Assembly (NCBI GenBank): GCA_963933835.1
Contig: CAWVVV010000003.1
Location: 160,001 to 224,000 of the forward strand
Length of the DNA stretch: 64,000 nucleotides
Direction of reading: 5' to 3'
DNA from: an uncultured Puniceicoccaceae bacterium
GTDB taxonomy: Bacteria > Verrucomicrobiota > Verrucomicrobiia > Opitutales > Oceanipulchritudinaceae
A model generated the notes under the pieces. That model had not been told where the DNA came from and made no database searches. It saw nothing but the letters and a program-made list of their open reading frames with translations. Below are positions 42,871 through 51,734 of the stretch, in pieces; position 1 is the first letter of the stretch, and the number at the start of each line of letters is the position of its first letter. A program made the translations under genes and the position numbers.

Positions 42871-45800
42871 ATGATCCACCGTCTCTTTGTGGAGAAACGA
42901 GCTCCCTACCGTCAACACGCCAGCGCGCTGGCTGAAGATCTCAGGAACTCTCTCGACTTGCCTCAGCTCTCAGAACTCCGCCTTTTCGCACGCTACGATG
43001 TTGAAGGGGCTTCGGCTACCCAATGGCCTTCGATCGTTCAAGGCGTGCTCGCCGAAGCTCCGCTCGAAGAAGCCTTTGAGAATACGCTTCCTGAGCTACA
43101 AGGAGCTCGCCTCTTTGCGATCGAGTATTTGCCTGGCCAATACGATCAGCGCGCCGACTCAGCCGCCCAGTGCATCGAGCTGATCACTGGTAAGCGCCCT
43201 GCCGTCGCCACCGCGACCGTCTATGCTGTCTTCGGTGAGCTCAGTGAGAGTGACCTCACGCGCATCGAAACTTACCTCATCAACGCCGTCGACAGTCGCA
43301 AAGCCGAGCTAGACAAACCCGAGACGCTCACGCCGGCGATTCCACAGCCATCACCCGTCGAACGCCTCGAGGGCTTTATCAAAGCCGACGCCGCTCGTCT
43401 CTCGGACTGGTATGAAAATCTCGGGCTTGCGATGTCACTAGAAGACCTCGCCTTCTGCCAAAACTACTTTGCCAACGAAGAAGGCCGCGACCCGAGTTTG
43501 ACTGAGATTCGCCTCCTCGACACCTACTGGTCAGACCATTGCCGTCACACAACGTTCCTCAGCGAACTGACAGACGTCACCTTTGAGCAGAGCGCATCTA
43601 CAGCGCCGATCGAGGCAGCTTGGAACCGCTACCGCACGATGCGCGACGAGCTCTACGGCCCCGAGACAGATCGCCCTGAATGCCTCATGGACATCGCGAT
43701 CATCGGGATGAAATGGCTCCGAAAGAACGGCAAGCTCGACGACCTCGAGGTCTCTGCCGAGATCAACGCCGCGAGCCTCATCGTGCCGGTCGAGATCGAT
43801 GGCCGCACGGAGGAGTGGCTCATCATGTTTAAGAACGAAACGCACAATCACCCGACCGAGATCGAGCCCTTCGGTGGTGCCGCGACCTGTCTCGGCGGTG
43901 CGATTCGCGACCCACTTTCGGGGCGCAGCTATGTTTATCAAGCAATGCGCGTCACGGGAGCAGCGGACCCCCGCACGCCCTACAGCGAAACCCTTGCCGG
44001 CAAACTTCCCCAGAGCAAAATCTGCCGCGAAGCCGCCCACGGTTATTCGAGCTACGGCAATCAAATCGGGCTCGCCACGGGCCTCGTGCGCGAAGTTTAC
44101 CATCCCGGCTATGTCGCTAAGCGTCTAGAAATCGGGGCTGTGGTCGCAGCAGCTCCACGCAGTCATGTTCGCCGCGAAGAGCCCGCCAATGGCGACGTCA
44201 TTGTTCTCGTCGGCGGACCTACTGGACGCGATGGCGTTGGTGGCGCAACCGGCTCGTCCAAAGCCCATGACAGCAAGGCTCTCGACAACGCAGCTGAAGT
44301 TCAAAAAGGCGATCCGGTCTGTGAGCGTAAGCTGCAGCGCCTCTTCCGCCGTAAGGATGTCGCTCAGCTCATCAAGCGATGTAATGACTTTGGCGCCGGT
44401 GGCGTCTCCGTTGCGATCGGTGAACTCGCCGACAGCCTCGAAATCGATCTCGATGCGGTGCCGAAAAAATACAAAGGCCTCGACGGCACAGAGCTCGCTA
44501 TCTCCGAGTCGCAGGAGCGCATGGCCGTCGTCCTCGCACCTGAAGACGCTGAAGCCTTTCTAGCCGCCGCCCGCGAAGAAAACCTCCTAGCCTCCCTCGT
44601 TGCGCGCGTCACTGATTCTGGTCGACTCCGCATGACTTGGAAGGGCGACACCGTCGTCGACCTTTCTCGTGAATTCCTCGATTCGAACGGCGTGCGCCAG
44701 ACCCACACCGCACGGGTCAAAGGTCCTGAAATGCAGGCCTCCCCACTGAGCGCAAAACCTGTAACTGAGAGCGTGAGCAAGGAATGGCTCACGCAGCTCG
44801 GTTCCCTGCAGAACGCTTCACAAAAGGGCCTGATCGAACGCTTCGACAGCACGATCGGCGCAGCCAGTATTCTCCATCCCTTCGGCGGAAAGACGCGCTC
44901 CACTCCCGCAGACTCGATGGCGGCGCTCGTTCCGATGCTCGAGGGCACAACCCGCACCGCGACCGTGATGAGCTTTGGCTTCGATCCATTTGCCTGTGCC
45001 TGGAGTCCCTTTCACGGAGCCCAGATTGCGGTGCTTCATTCCGTCGCCCGCGTCGTCGCAACCGGCGGAGAGCGTTCCCGCACGCGCCTAAGCTTCCAAG
45101 AGTTTTTCGAGCGCCTCCACAATGAGCCCGAGCGTTGGGGCAAGCCGCTGGCGGCTCTACTCGGCGCCCTTGAGGCTCAAGCAGCCCTTGAAACCGCTGC
45201 CGTTGGAGGGAAGGACTCCATGTCTGGGACCTTTAAGGATCTCGACGTCCCACCGACCCTCGCCTCCTTCGCGATCGCGCCAACAGAAGCCAAACACGTG
45301 CGTTCACCCGAGTTGAAGAGTGCTGGAAACAAGATTATCCATGTCGCTCTTCCACGTGATGCTGCCGGGGTTCCTGACCTCGCAGCAGCAGCAAAACGAC
45401 TCGATGAAGTCTCCACTCTGATCCGGGCAGGCAGTGTTCTTTCGAGTCGAGCGATCGGCGCAGGAGGCATCGCCATCGCCCTCGCTGAAATGGCCTTTGG
45501 GAACGAGATCGGCGTAGAGCTTGATACCCATGCAGTTTCTACCGCTGCGCTTTTCCAATCCCTCTACGGCGACATTTTGCTCGAGGTTTCGGATGCTTTC
45601 GAAGCACCCTCGGATGCCTTCAAACAGATCGGGCAAACGACGGCAGAGCCCATCCTTCAATATGGCTCAGAGCAGTTGGCCATCACCGACGCCCGCACCG
45701 CATGGGAAGCTCCACTCGAAAGCACCTTCCCAACCCAAGCAATCACGCCTGCCGGACGCACACACGAGATTCGCTTTGATCCGCGCATCCCATCCACAGC

Positions 45801-46614
45801 TAAATCCAAGGTCGCTCGTCCCAAGGTCGTCATTCCTGTTTTCCCCGGGACGAACTGCGAGTTTGATTCCGCTCGTTCCTTCGAAGCAGCCGGTGCTGAG
45901 GTTGAAACCGTCCTCTTTCGTAATCTTCGTCCAGAAGATGTCGCCGACTCGATCGAGCGCCTTACAACGGCGATTAACCAAGCCCAGATCCTCTTCCTTC
46001 CGGGTGGATTCAGTGCGGGAGATGAGCCTGCTGGTTCAGGCAAATTTATCGCTGCTGCCTTCCGCCACCCTGCCCTCACCGAGGCGACGATGAAGCTTCT
46101 CGCCGAGCGCGATGGCCTCGCCCTCGGCATCTGCAATGGCTTCCAAGCCCTGATCAAACTAGGCCTCCTGCCTTTCGGTGAGATCCGCTCCCAAGGTGCC
46201 GAAGCGCCGACGCTCACGCACAATCTTCTGCAGCGCCACGTCAGCTGCTATGCGCGGACCAAGGTCGTCTCACGCCAATCTCCATGGCTCACCGAGTGTG
46301 CCTTAGGCGACGAACATGACATTGCGATGTCGCACGGCGAAGGCCGGTTCGTAGCCGACGAAAGCGTTGTCCGTGAGCTCATCGCAAACGACCAGATCGC
46401 AACCCAATACGTCAATGACGCCGGCAAGCCTTCGCTCGAATTGCCGTTCAATCCGAACGGCTCTGTCCATGCCATTGAAGGACTCACCAGCCCTTGCGGT
46501 CGCGTCTTCGGCAAGATGGGTCACAGCGAGCGAACGGGTCCACACATCGGGATCAACATCCCAGGTGAGAAGCTACAGCCGATCTTCTCCGCGGGCGTAA
46601 ACTACTTCCATTGA
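42871..46614 (+). CDS. purL: Phosphoribosylformylglycinamidine synthase (fused synthetase + glutaminase)
   Basis: DTYWSDHCRH, KNETHNHPTEIEPFGGAATC, DFGAGG, SESQERM, GGKDSMSG, FPGTNCE, GICNGFQ, KMGHSER. Confidence 0.97.
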   Translation: MIHRLFVEKRAPYRQHASALAEDLRNSLDLPQLSELRLFARYDVEGASATQWPSIVQGVLAEAPLEEAFENTLPELQGARLFAIEYLPGQYDQRADSAAQCIELITGKRPAVATATVYAVFGELSESDLTRIETYLINAVDSRKAELDKPETLTPAIPQPSPVERLEGFIKADAARLSDWYENLGLAMSLEDLAFCQNYFANEEGRDPSLTEIRLLDTYWSDHCRHTTFLSELTDVTFEQSASTAPIEAAWNRYRTMRDELYGPETDRPECLMDIAIIGMKWLRKNGKLDDLEVSAEINAASLIVPVEIDGRTEEWLIMFKNETHNHPTEIEPFGGAATCLGGAIRDPLSGRSYVYQAMRVTGAADPRTPYSETLAGKLPQSKICREAAHGYSSYGNQIGLATGLVREVYHPGYVAKRLEIGAVVAAAPRSHVRREEPANGDVIVLVGGPTGRDGVGGATGSSKAHDSKALDNAAEVQKGDPVCERKLQRLFRRKDVAQLIKRCNDFGAGGVSVAIGELADSLEIDLDAVPKKYKGLDGTELAISESQERMAVVLAPEDAEAFLAAAREENLLASLVARVTDSGRLRMTWKGDTVVDLSREFLDSNGVRQTHTARVKGPEMQASPLSAKPVTESVSKEWLTQLGSLQNASQKGLIERFDSTIGAASILHPFGGKTRSTPADSMAALVPMLEGTTRTATVMSFGFDPFACAWSPFHGAQIAVLHSVARVVATGGERSRTRLSFQEFFERLHNEPERWGKPLAALLGALEAQAALETAAVGGKDSMSGTFKDLDVPPTLASFAIAPTEAKHVRSPELKSAGNKIIHVALPRDAAGVPDLAAAAKRLDEVSTLIRAGSVLSSRAIGAGGIAIALAEMAFGNEIGVELDTHAVSTAALFQSLYGDILLEVSDAFEAPSDAFKQIGQTTAEPILQYGSEQLAITDARTAWEAPLESTFPTQAITPAGRTHEIRFDPRIPSTAKSKVARPKVVIPVFPGTNCEFDSARSFEAAGAEVETVLFRNLRPEDVADSIERLTTAINQAQILFLPGGFSAGDEPAGSGKFIAAAFRHPALTEATMKLLAERDGLALGICNGFQALIKLGLLPFGEIRSQGAEAPTLTHNLLQRHVSCYARTKVVSRQSPWLTECALGDEHDIAMSHGEGRFVADESVVRELIANDQIATQYVNDAGKPSLELPFNPNGSVHAIEGLTSPCGRVFGKMGHSERTGPHIGINIPGEKLQPIFSAGVNYFH

Positions 46615-46664
46615 TCGCATTTCTCCGTAACTATTTCGATTCAATCCGGTTAACCCTCAATAAC

Positions 46665-47114
46665 ATGCAATCCTTCAGCCTCAATTCCACTTCCGCTCGC
46701 AAATCCAAGGGCTTCTCCCTCGTCGAAATGCTCATCGCCATCGCACTTCTCGCCGTAGTGATGGGATTCTTGATCCAGAACTTTGGTGGCATCTTAGGAA
46801 GCAACGAGCGCAAGTTGACCAAAATGTTTGTTGATAACGGCGTCGAAGCGCCGCTCATGGCCTACCGCAACAGCGTCGGCTCCTATCCCACAAGCGATCA
46901 AGGCCTGATGGCTCTCTACCAAAAGCCATCCAATGTTCCCGCTTCACGATGGATCTCTACCCTGAAGAAAGAGCCACGCGATCCATGGGGTAACCTCTTT
47001 CAATACCGCTACCCCGGTCAGCATAATACAAATGGCTACGACATCTGGTCATGGGGACCCGATGGACAAGCAGGTGGTGGCGACGACATCGGCAACTGGG
47101 ATACAGGTAACTAA
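46665..47114 (+). CDS. gspG: T2SS major pseudopilin
   Basis: KGFSLVEMLI prepilin motif; YPT..QGL.AL, DPWGN.FQYRYPG, YDIWSWGPDG....DDIGNW. Confidence 0.93.
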   Translation: MQSFSLNSTSARKSKGFSLVEMLIAIALLAVVMGFLIQNFGGILGSNERKLTKMFVDNGVEAPLMAYRNSVGSYPTSDQGLMALYQKPSNVPASRWISTLKKEPRDPWGNLFQYRYPGQHNTNGYDIWSWGPDGQAGGGDDIGNWDTGN

Positions 47115-47143
47115 TTCCTTCTAAGCTTCAGAAGGAAACACCC

Positions 47144-47674
47144 GTGAATCTTCCGAACTCGATAATAGAAAAAACCTCTCGCAATCCAAAAGGGGGCTTT
47201 TCTCTCATCGAGATCATCATTGCGATCGCACTGATCGCACTCATCACCGGTCTATTCGTTGCAAATATGCCAGGCCTTACGGATGGCCTCGGCGCTCGCC
47301 CTCTCGAGGACATCCTACAAAAGTCGGTCCGCGACGCTCGCTATCAGGCAGCCTTAAACAAAGAACGGGTGAGCCTCGTTTTCGACCCTGAACGCAGCGC
47401 CTTTATTGTTTTTTCTGAAGCGAACCAAGAACTGGCGTCGCGGGAAAGTGGATACGCCGAAGAGGACAATGTTAGCGTCACTTTTGAACAATTTTTGCCC
47501 TACGAGGGCCTGAATTCAAGAGGCCAGCAAGAGCGCATCGAGATCCCCCTCGTCCGATTTCACCCAGATCGCTCCTCGACCCCTTTCATTGCAATTCTAA
47601 ACATCGAGAACAAGCGCAGCGAGCACCGCTACGACCCCTTCTCTGACTTGGAGATCAAAAGTGAAGATGACTAA
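47144..47674 (+). CDS. gspH: T2SS minor pseudopilin, GspH-like
   Basis: GGFSLIEIII motif; AR..A; position after gspG. Confidence 0.7.
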   Translation: MNLPNSIIEKTSRNPKGGFSLIEIIIAIALIALITGLFVANMPGLTDGLGARPLEDILQKSVRDARYQAALNKERVSLVFDPERSAFIVFSEANQELASRESGYAEEDNVSVTFEQFLPYEGLNSRGQQERIEIPLVRFHPDRSSTPFIAILNIENKRSEHRYDPFSDLEIKSEDD

Positions 47675-48134
47675 GCACACTTCGAACAAGGGGTTTACGC
47701 TCATCGAGTTGCTCATCGCTCTCTTAGTCTTCTCTGTTGTCGTCGTTGCTTACAGCGAAGCGTTCTCAAACACGCTCCGTGCCCTAGAGCGCAAGGCGAC
47801 GGTAACCGCGACAAACGACGCCCTCCGCTTCGTCCGCAGCCAAATCATCCTCGAACCCGACCTCGATGCCTTCGAAGACGGGGACGAGATTGAAACCCTC
47901 GATGTGGGCAATGCCCGCTGGGAAGCGGACGTCGAGCCTACGGAGATTCCTCACCTTTTCCAAGTAGCGCTTACGATCGAATTCGACGGCAACGATGAGA
48001 TCGAAGACTGGACACACGAAGAATCTATTTACCTCCTCCGCCCGACCTGGAGCGAAATCGATGAATCTGACGAACTAAAGTCTGAACTTCAGGAGCAGAT
48101 CGAAGACGGGCGCAACTTCGCAGACTGGCAATGA
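47667..48134 (+). CDS. gspI: T2SS minor pseudopilin, GspI-like
   Basis: KGFTLIELLIALLVF motif; operon position. Confidence 0.7.
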   Translation: MTKHTSNKGFTLIELLIALLVFSVVVVAYSEAFSNTLRALERKATVTATNDALRFVRSQIILEPDLDAFEDGDEIETLDVGNARWEADVEPTEIPHLFQVALTIEFDGNDEIEDWTHEESIYLLRPTWSEIDESDELKSELQEQIEDGRNFADWQ

Positions 48135-48808
48135 GAAGAGACGCTCCAGTTCTATGCCGTACCGGTGGCTTCAGCCTGATCGAGATGATCCTCGTCATCT
48201 CTTTGCTTGCCCTCATTTTACCGATGGTCCTTGGATTCGTCTTCAACCTGAGCCAAATCTGGTTAAAGGGCGCTAAAGGTAACTTCTTCGCCCAGCATGT
48301 CGACGGGGTGAGTCTCTTTTTGGATACAGCGCTCGAACGCTCCGAAGCGATCGTTGGCGACGGCGCCGAGGGCGAGACAACGCTTCCCATCGAATGGGCC
48401 CGCCCACCTGGCTTCAGTGATTTCGACGATCCACTCCTGATGTTTCGCCAGCGCGAGACCCCTGCCCTTTTCGTTCGTGAGGGAGAAAGTCTGCCTAATA
48501 TCTTTGTCTACATTTACCACGACGACCGCGAAGGACTCTCACTCGTTTGGTATTCAAGCCACCAGGAAGAGGTTGAAGATGAGGACGACCTCTACCGCAC
48601 CCCGATTTCAAAATACGTATCCAAGATCCAATACGCGTATTACGATGCCGAAAACGATGAGTGGGACGTTGAAGATGATCCGGAGGAAGGCGACAACGAC
48701 GCTTACATCCTCCCCCAGTATTTAAAGCTCACCTTCGCCTACGAAGATGAGGAATTCGTGCGCAACCTCCACATTCCACAGCGCTCAACCGATGTGCCTC
48801 TGTTCTAG
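48131..48808 (+). CDS. gspJ: T2SS minor pseudopilin, GspJ-like
   Basis: GGFSLIEMILV motif; operon position. Confidence 0.7.
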   Translation: MRRDAPVLCRTGGFSLIEMILVISLLALILPMVLGFVFNLSQIWLKGAKGNFFAQHVDGVSLFLDTALERSEAIVGDGAEGETTLPIEWARPPGFSDFDDPLLMFRQRETPALFVREGESLPNIFVYIYHDDREGLSLVWYSSHQEEVEDEDDLYRTPISKYVSKIQYAYYDAENDEWDVEDDPEEGDNDAYILPQYLKLTFAYEDEEFVRNLHIPQRSTDVPLF

Positions 48809-49915
48809 ATGAGAAGTCGACTCAACAGTTCAGCAGGCTCAATCCTAGCGATGGTGCTGGCGCTCGTCATTCTCCTTGGCTTCATCACCGTTGCCTTCAT
48901 CGAGGACGCAAAAGAGCAGATCCTCTACGACGCTCAGTTTCATCAGCAGGAAGACCTGCGCGCAGAAGCTTACTCTGCCCTCGATATTACGCTGGCCGTG
49001 CTCAACCTCTTCCAAGAGATCGACGGCTCGATTTGGGGGCCTTCTCAGGGCTGGGGTGATCCTCTCGACTTCGCCCATTACCAACCGCCGGGCAACCTGA
49101 AGGTGAATGTGACCGTGCACGACGAAAGCGGACGCTTCGGCCTCAACGATGCTGAATTCGACTTCCTCCGCGTCGCCTTTACGGAGATGGGTTTTAAGGT
49201 CTCTGACGCTGAGGAGTTATCCGACTCCCTGATCGACTGGATCGACGAGGACGACCTCAGCCGCCTCAACGGCTTTGATGGAAATGACTACGAACGCCTC
49301 AATCCCCCTTACTTGCCTGCCAATGGCCCGATCCAGAGTTGGGATGAGCTAGAGCTGATTCCAGCCTTCAAAGAGCGCTTCTGGGACGAAGACGGACGCG
49401 CCCTACCCGAGCTAGACATTTTCACCGCGAATTTCTCCCTCTACAACTCTGGGCCGGTAAACATCAACGCCGCCACGCCCTTCGTCAGCCGCGTGCTCGA
49501 TGAGCTCGGAATCATCGAAGAAGACAACTTGGGCGACTACCTCGCAGGGTCAGATGGGGAAGCAGGCAACGACGACGACCGGCTCGTGCGCGATCCGACC
49601 GCAGGGGGCGTTTTTCTCGATGGAGCAGGTAGTGACCTCGCGGGCACCGAATCGAGCCTTCTTGAAGTCGCCATCGAAGTGAGCCGAGGCGACGCAGTTT
49701 TTCTCCTCCGCAGCCTCGTCAGCTGGCGCGGATCGAATGCGGCCGCCGGCGATTCTCAAGCCGTAGCAGAAGAAACCACCGAAGCCGCGCGCAGCGACGA
49801 AGAAACTGACAAAAATCGCCAAGCAAGAGGCACCGCCAAGACTGAAGCTAGCGGCGGCGCAGAGCTCGGTTACCCCTTCCAAATCCATTGGCTGGCTGAA
49901 AACCGTAAAAATTGA
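48809..49915 (+). CDS. gspK: T2SS minor pseudopilin GspK
   Basis: GSIL.MVL (no E5), DESGRF.LN, DSLIDWID.DD, PY..ANG....WDEL, VNINAA. Confidence 0.88.
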   Translation: MRSRLNSSAGSILAMVLALVILLGFITVAFIEDAKEQILYDAQFHQQEDLRAEAYSALDITLAVLNLFQEIDGSIWGPSQGWGDPLDFAHYQPPGNLKVNVTVHDESGRFGLNDAEFDFLRVAFTEMGFKVSDAEELSDSLIDWIDEDDLSRLNGFDGNDYERLNPPYLPANGPIQSWDELELIPAFKERFWDEDGRALPELDIFTANFSLYNSGPVNINAATPFVSRVLDELGIIEEDNLGDYLAGSDGEAGNDDDRLVRDPTAGGVFLDGAGSDLAGTESSLLEVAIEVSRGDAVFLLRSLVSWRGSNAAAGDSQAVAEETTEAARSDEETDKNRQARGTAKTEASGGAELGYPFQIHWLAENRKN

Positions 49916-51195
49916 TTGGACATGACCATTCCTCAAACACTTCACTCCGCCCTTCCCCAACGATGAAAATGGCTCCCCGCCAGTGGTTGCGCTCCCTGCA
50001 CGACAAACTCCCCGAGCCTCGCGTTCTCCTCGCGCCAGGCCATCTCTTCTTCTCCCAAGAGCTCGTCCTCGACCCTTCGATGTCGGAGGAAGAGATTGAC
50101 GATTTCGTCAACCTCTCGATTGAAGGGCTCTCGCCTTTCCCCGTCGATCAGCTGACTTGGGGCTACCTACGACCGGAAGGCTCGAACGAAGCCCTCGTCT
50201 ACGCCACGCCAGTATCGCGCCTGCGCTCGCAGACGGAGGACGATCTCGAGAGCTACTTTCACGTCTTCCCAAGTTTCGTCGCGGCACTGCGCGAAGAGCC
50301 CGCGCTCGCACCGTCGATCCGTATTCTTTCCAGCGGCGATAGCCTCACCGCGCTCTTTTTCGAAACCGGCAAGCGTCTGCCGCACAAGATCATCTCCCGC
50401 CCACAAAAGAGCGCTGATCTGGACGACACCGCACTTCTTGATGCGCGTAACGCCCTCGCCGCTAAGATCAGCTTCGACGGCTACGAGCTCGAAGACGGTG
50501 TCTGGCAAGTCGATGGTTTCTTTGTAGGCAAGCAAAACGAGGTCTACTCCCGCTATCGAAACCTCCTCCCCGGAAGTACGGGCGAAAGTATTGAGCGCCC
50601 ATTCGAGCTCACCGATAGCCAGCTTCAAGCCGCCGATGTCCGCGACACTGCACTGACCGCCAAAAGCCTCAAAGAGCGCCAGCTTGCACGTAAACTTTGG
50701 AAAGGCCTGCAGTTCATCGCAGCCTGCTTTATCCTCCTTTTACTCGCTCAATTCACGACCTGGGGCCTAAGTAAATTCACCGAGGTCATTGATAATCGCT
50801 TCGACAAGCGCGAGCGCATCGTGAACCAAGTGCTCCAGCGCGAGGATTTCATTCAACGCCTCTCGCTCGATTCGCTGCAGAGCGCTGACCCGACACTGAT
50901 GCTCACCGTGATCAACGATATCCGGCCAGATACGATTTATTTCACCGAAGCCGAAGCGAACTCGATCGACACGATTACGGTTCAAGGAATCTCTCAAGTC
51001 GGTGCTGAACGGGTAAATCTCTATGCTGAGAATTTAAGAAGCCTCCCGATTGTGAGTGATGTGCAAAACACCCCCTCGACGAAAGATAGCCAAACCAGTT
51101 TTGATATCACAGTCACCTTTGATATCGTTGAACTCGCTGCAAGAGCACAGCGTATGAAATCATCCGAAACCAACACGGAAGGAGCGCCCGAATGA
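49912..51195 (+). CDS. T2SS inner-membrane platform protein, GspL/PilN-like (start may be 49963)
   Basis: Cytoplasmic domain (SPFP.DQL.WG), single TM, periplasmic ferredoxin-like tail; between gspK and the gspM-like gene. Confidence 0.65.
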   Translation: MIGHDHSSNTSLRPSPTMKMAPRQWLRSLHDKLPEPRVLLAPGHLFFSQELVLDPSMSEEEIDDFVNLSIEGLSPFPVDQLTWGYLRPEGSNEALVYATPVSRLRSQTEDDLESYFHVFPSFVAALREEPALAPSIRILSSGDSLTALFFETGKRLPHKIISRPQKSADLDDTALLDARNALAAKISFDGYELEDGVWQVDGFFVGKQNEVYSRYRNLLPGSTGESIERPFELTDSQLQAADVRDTALTAKSLKERQLARKLWKGLQFIAACFILLLLAQFTTWGLSKFTEVIDNRFDKRERIVNQVLQREDFIQRLSLDSLQSADPTLMLTVINDIRPDTIYFTEAEANSIDTITVQGISQVGAERVNLYAENLRSLPIVSDVQNTPSTKDSQTSFDITVTFDIVELAARAQRMKSSETNTEGAPE

Positions 51196-51734
51196 ATATT
51201 GTTTCGAAAACCTTCTTCAACATGAAAGGCCGCGAGCGCCTTCTCCTCATTGCCTTTATCACCGTCGTCCTCCTATGGTGGCTCAGTAGCCTGATAAAAA
51301 CGGGTGGCCAGCAATGGTCAGCCTATAGCTCCTCTCGCCGTTATTTTAATACCCAGACCTCAGCCATCGAACGGGCCAGCTTTGTCGAATCTCAGCTCAA
51401 GCAAGCGCTTTCCCGCCTCGACTCAAACCGCACCTATTCCGATACTCAGCTCTTTGGAAAGCTCGATAATATCGCCCGAAGCTTCGATCTGGATTTCGAT
51501 GTAAGTCAGCCTACAAGCGAGAATTCGGGCATCTATGCAACGCACACCATCCGCGTTCGGATCGACGATAGCAACTTAGAGCAACTTGTGCGGTTTAACC
51601 AAGGTGTGCAGGCCGAAGCCCCTTATATTGCCATAGCAGAATTTAAACTCTCTGCGAATCGACGTGATCGATCTAAGATCGATGCCACCTTCGATATCGC
51701 CTCTTTCGAACTCCTCGAAAACCTTTCCCAGTGA
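51192..51734 (+). CDS. T2SS GspM/PilO-like protein
   Basis: RERLLL followed by TM, coiled coil, L..L.RF pattern. Confidence 0.7.
   Translation: MNIVSKTFFNMKGRERLLLIAFITVVLLWWLSSLIKTGGQQWSAYSSSRRYFNTQTSAIERASFVESQLKQALSRLDSNRTYSDTQLFGKLDNIARSFDLDFDVSQPTSENSGIYATHTIRVRIDDSNLEQLVRFNQGVQAEAPYIAIAEFKLSANRRDRSKIDATFDIASFELLENLSQ

Noticed and set aside
40899..46223. Long antisense or alternate-frame ORFs inside purF and purL
   Set aside because: Codon-bias shadows of GC-rich core genes.
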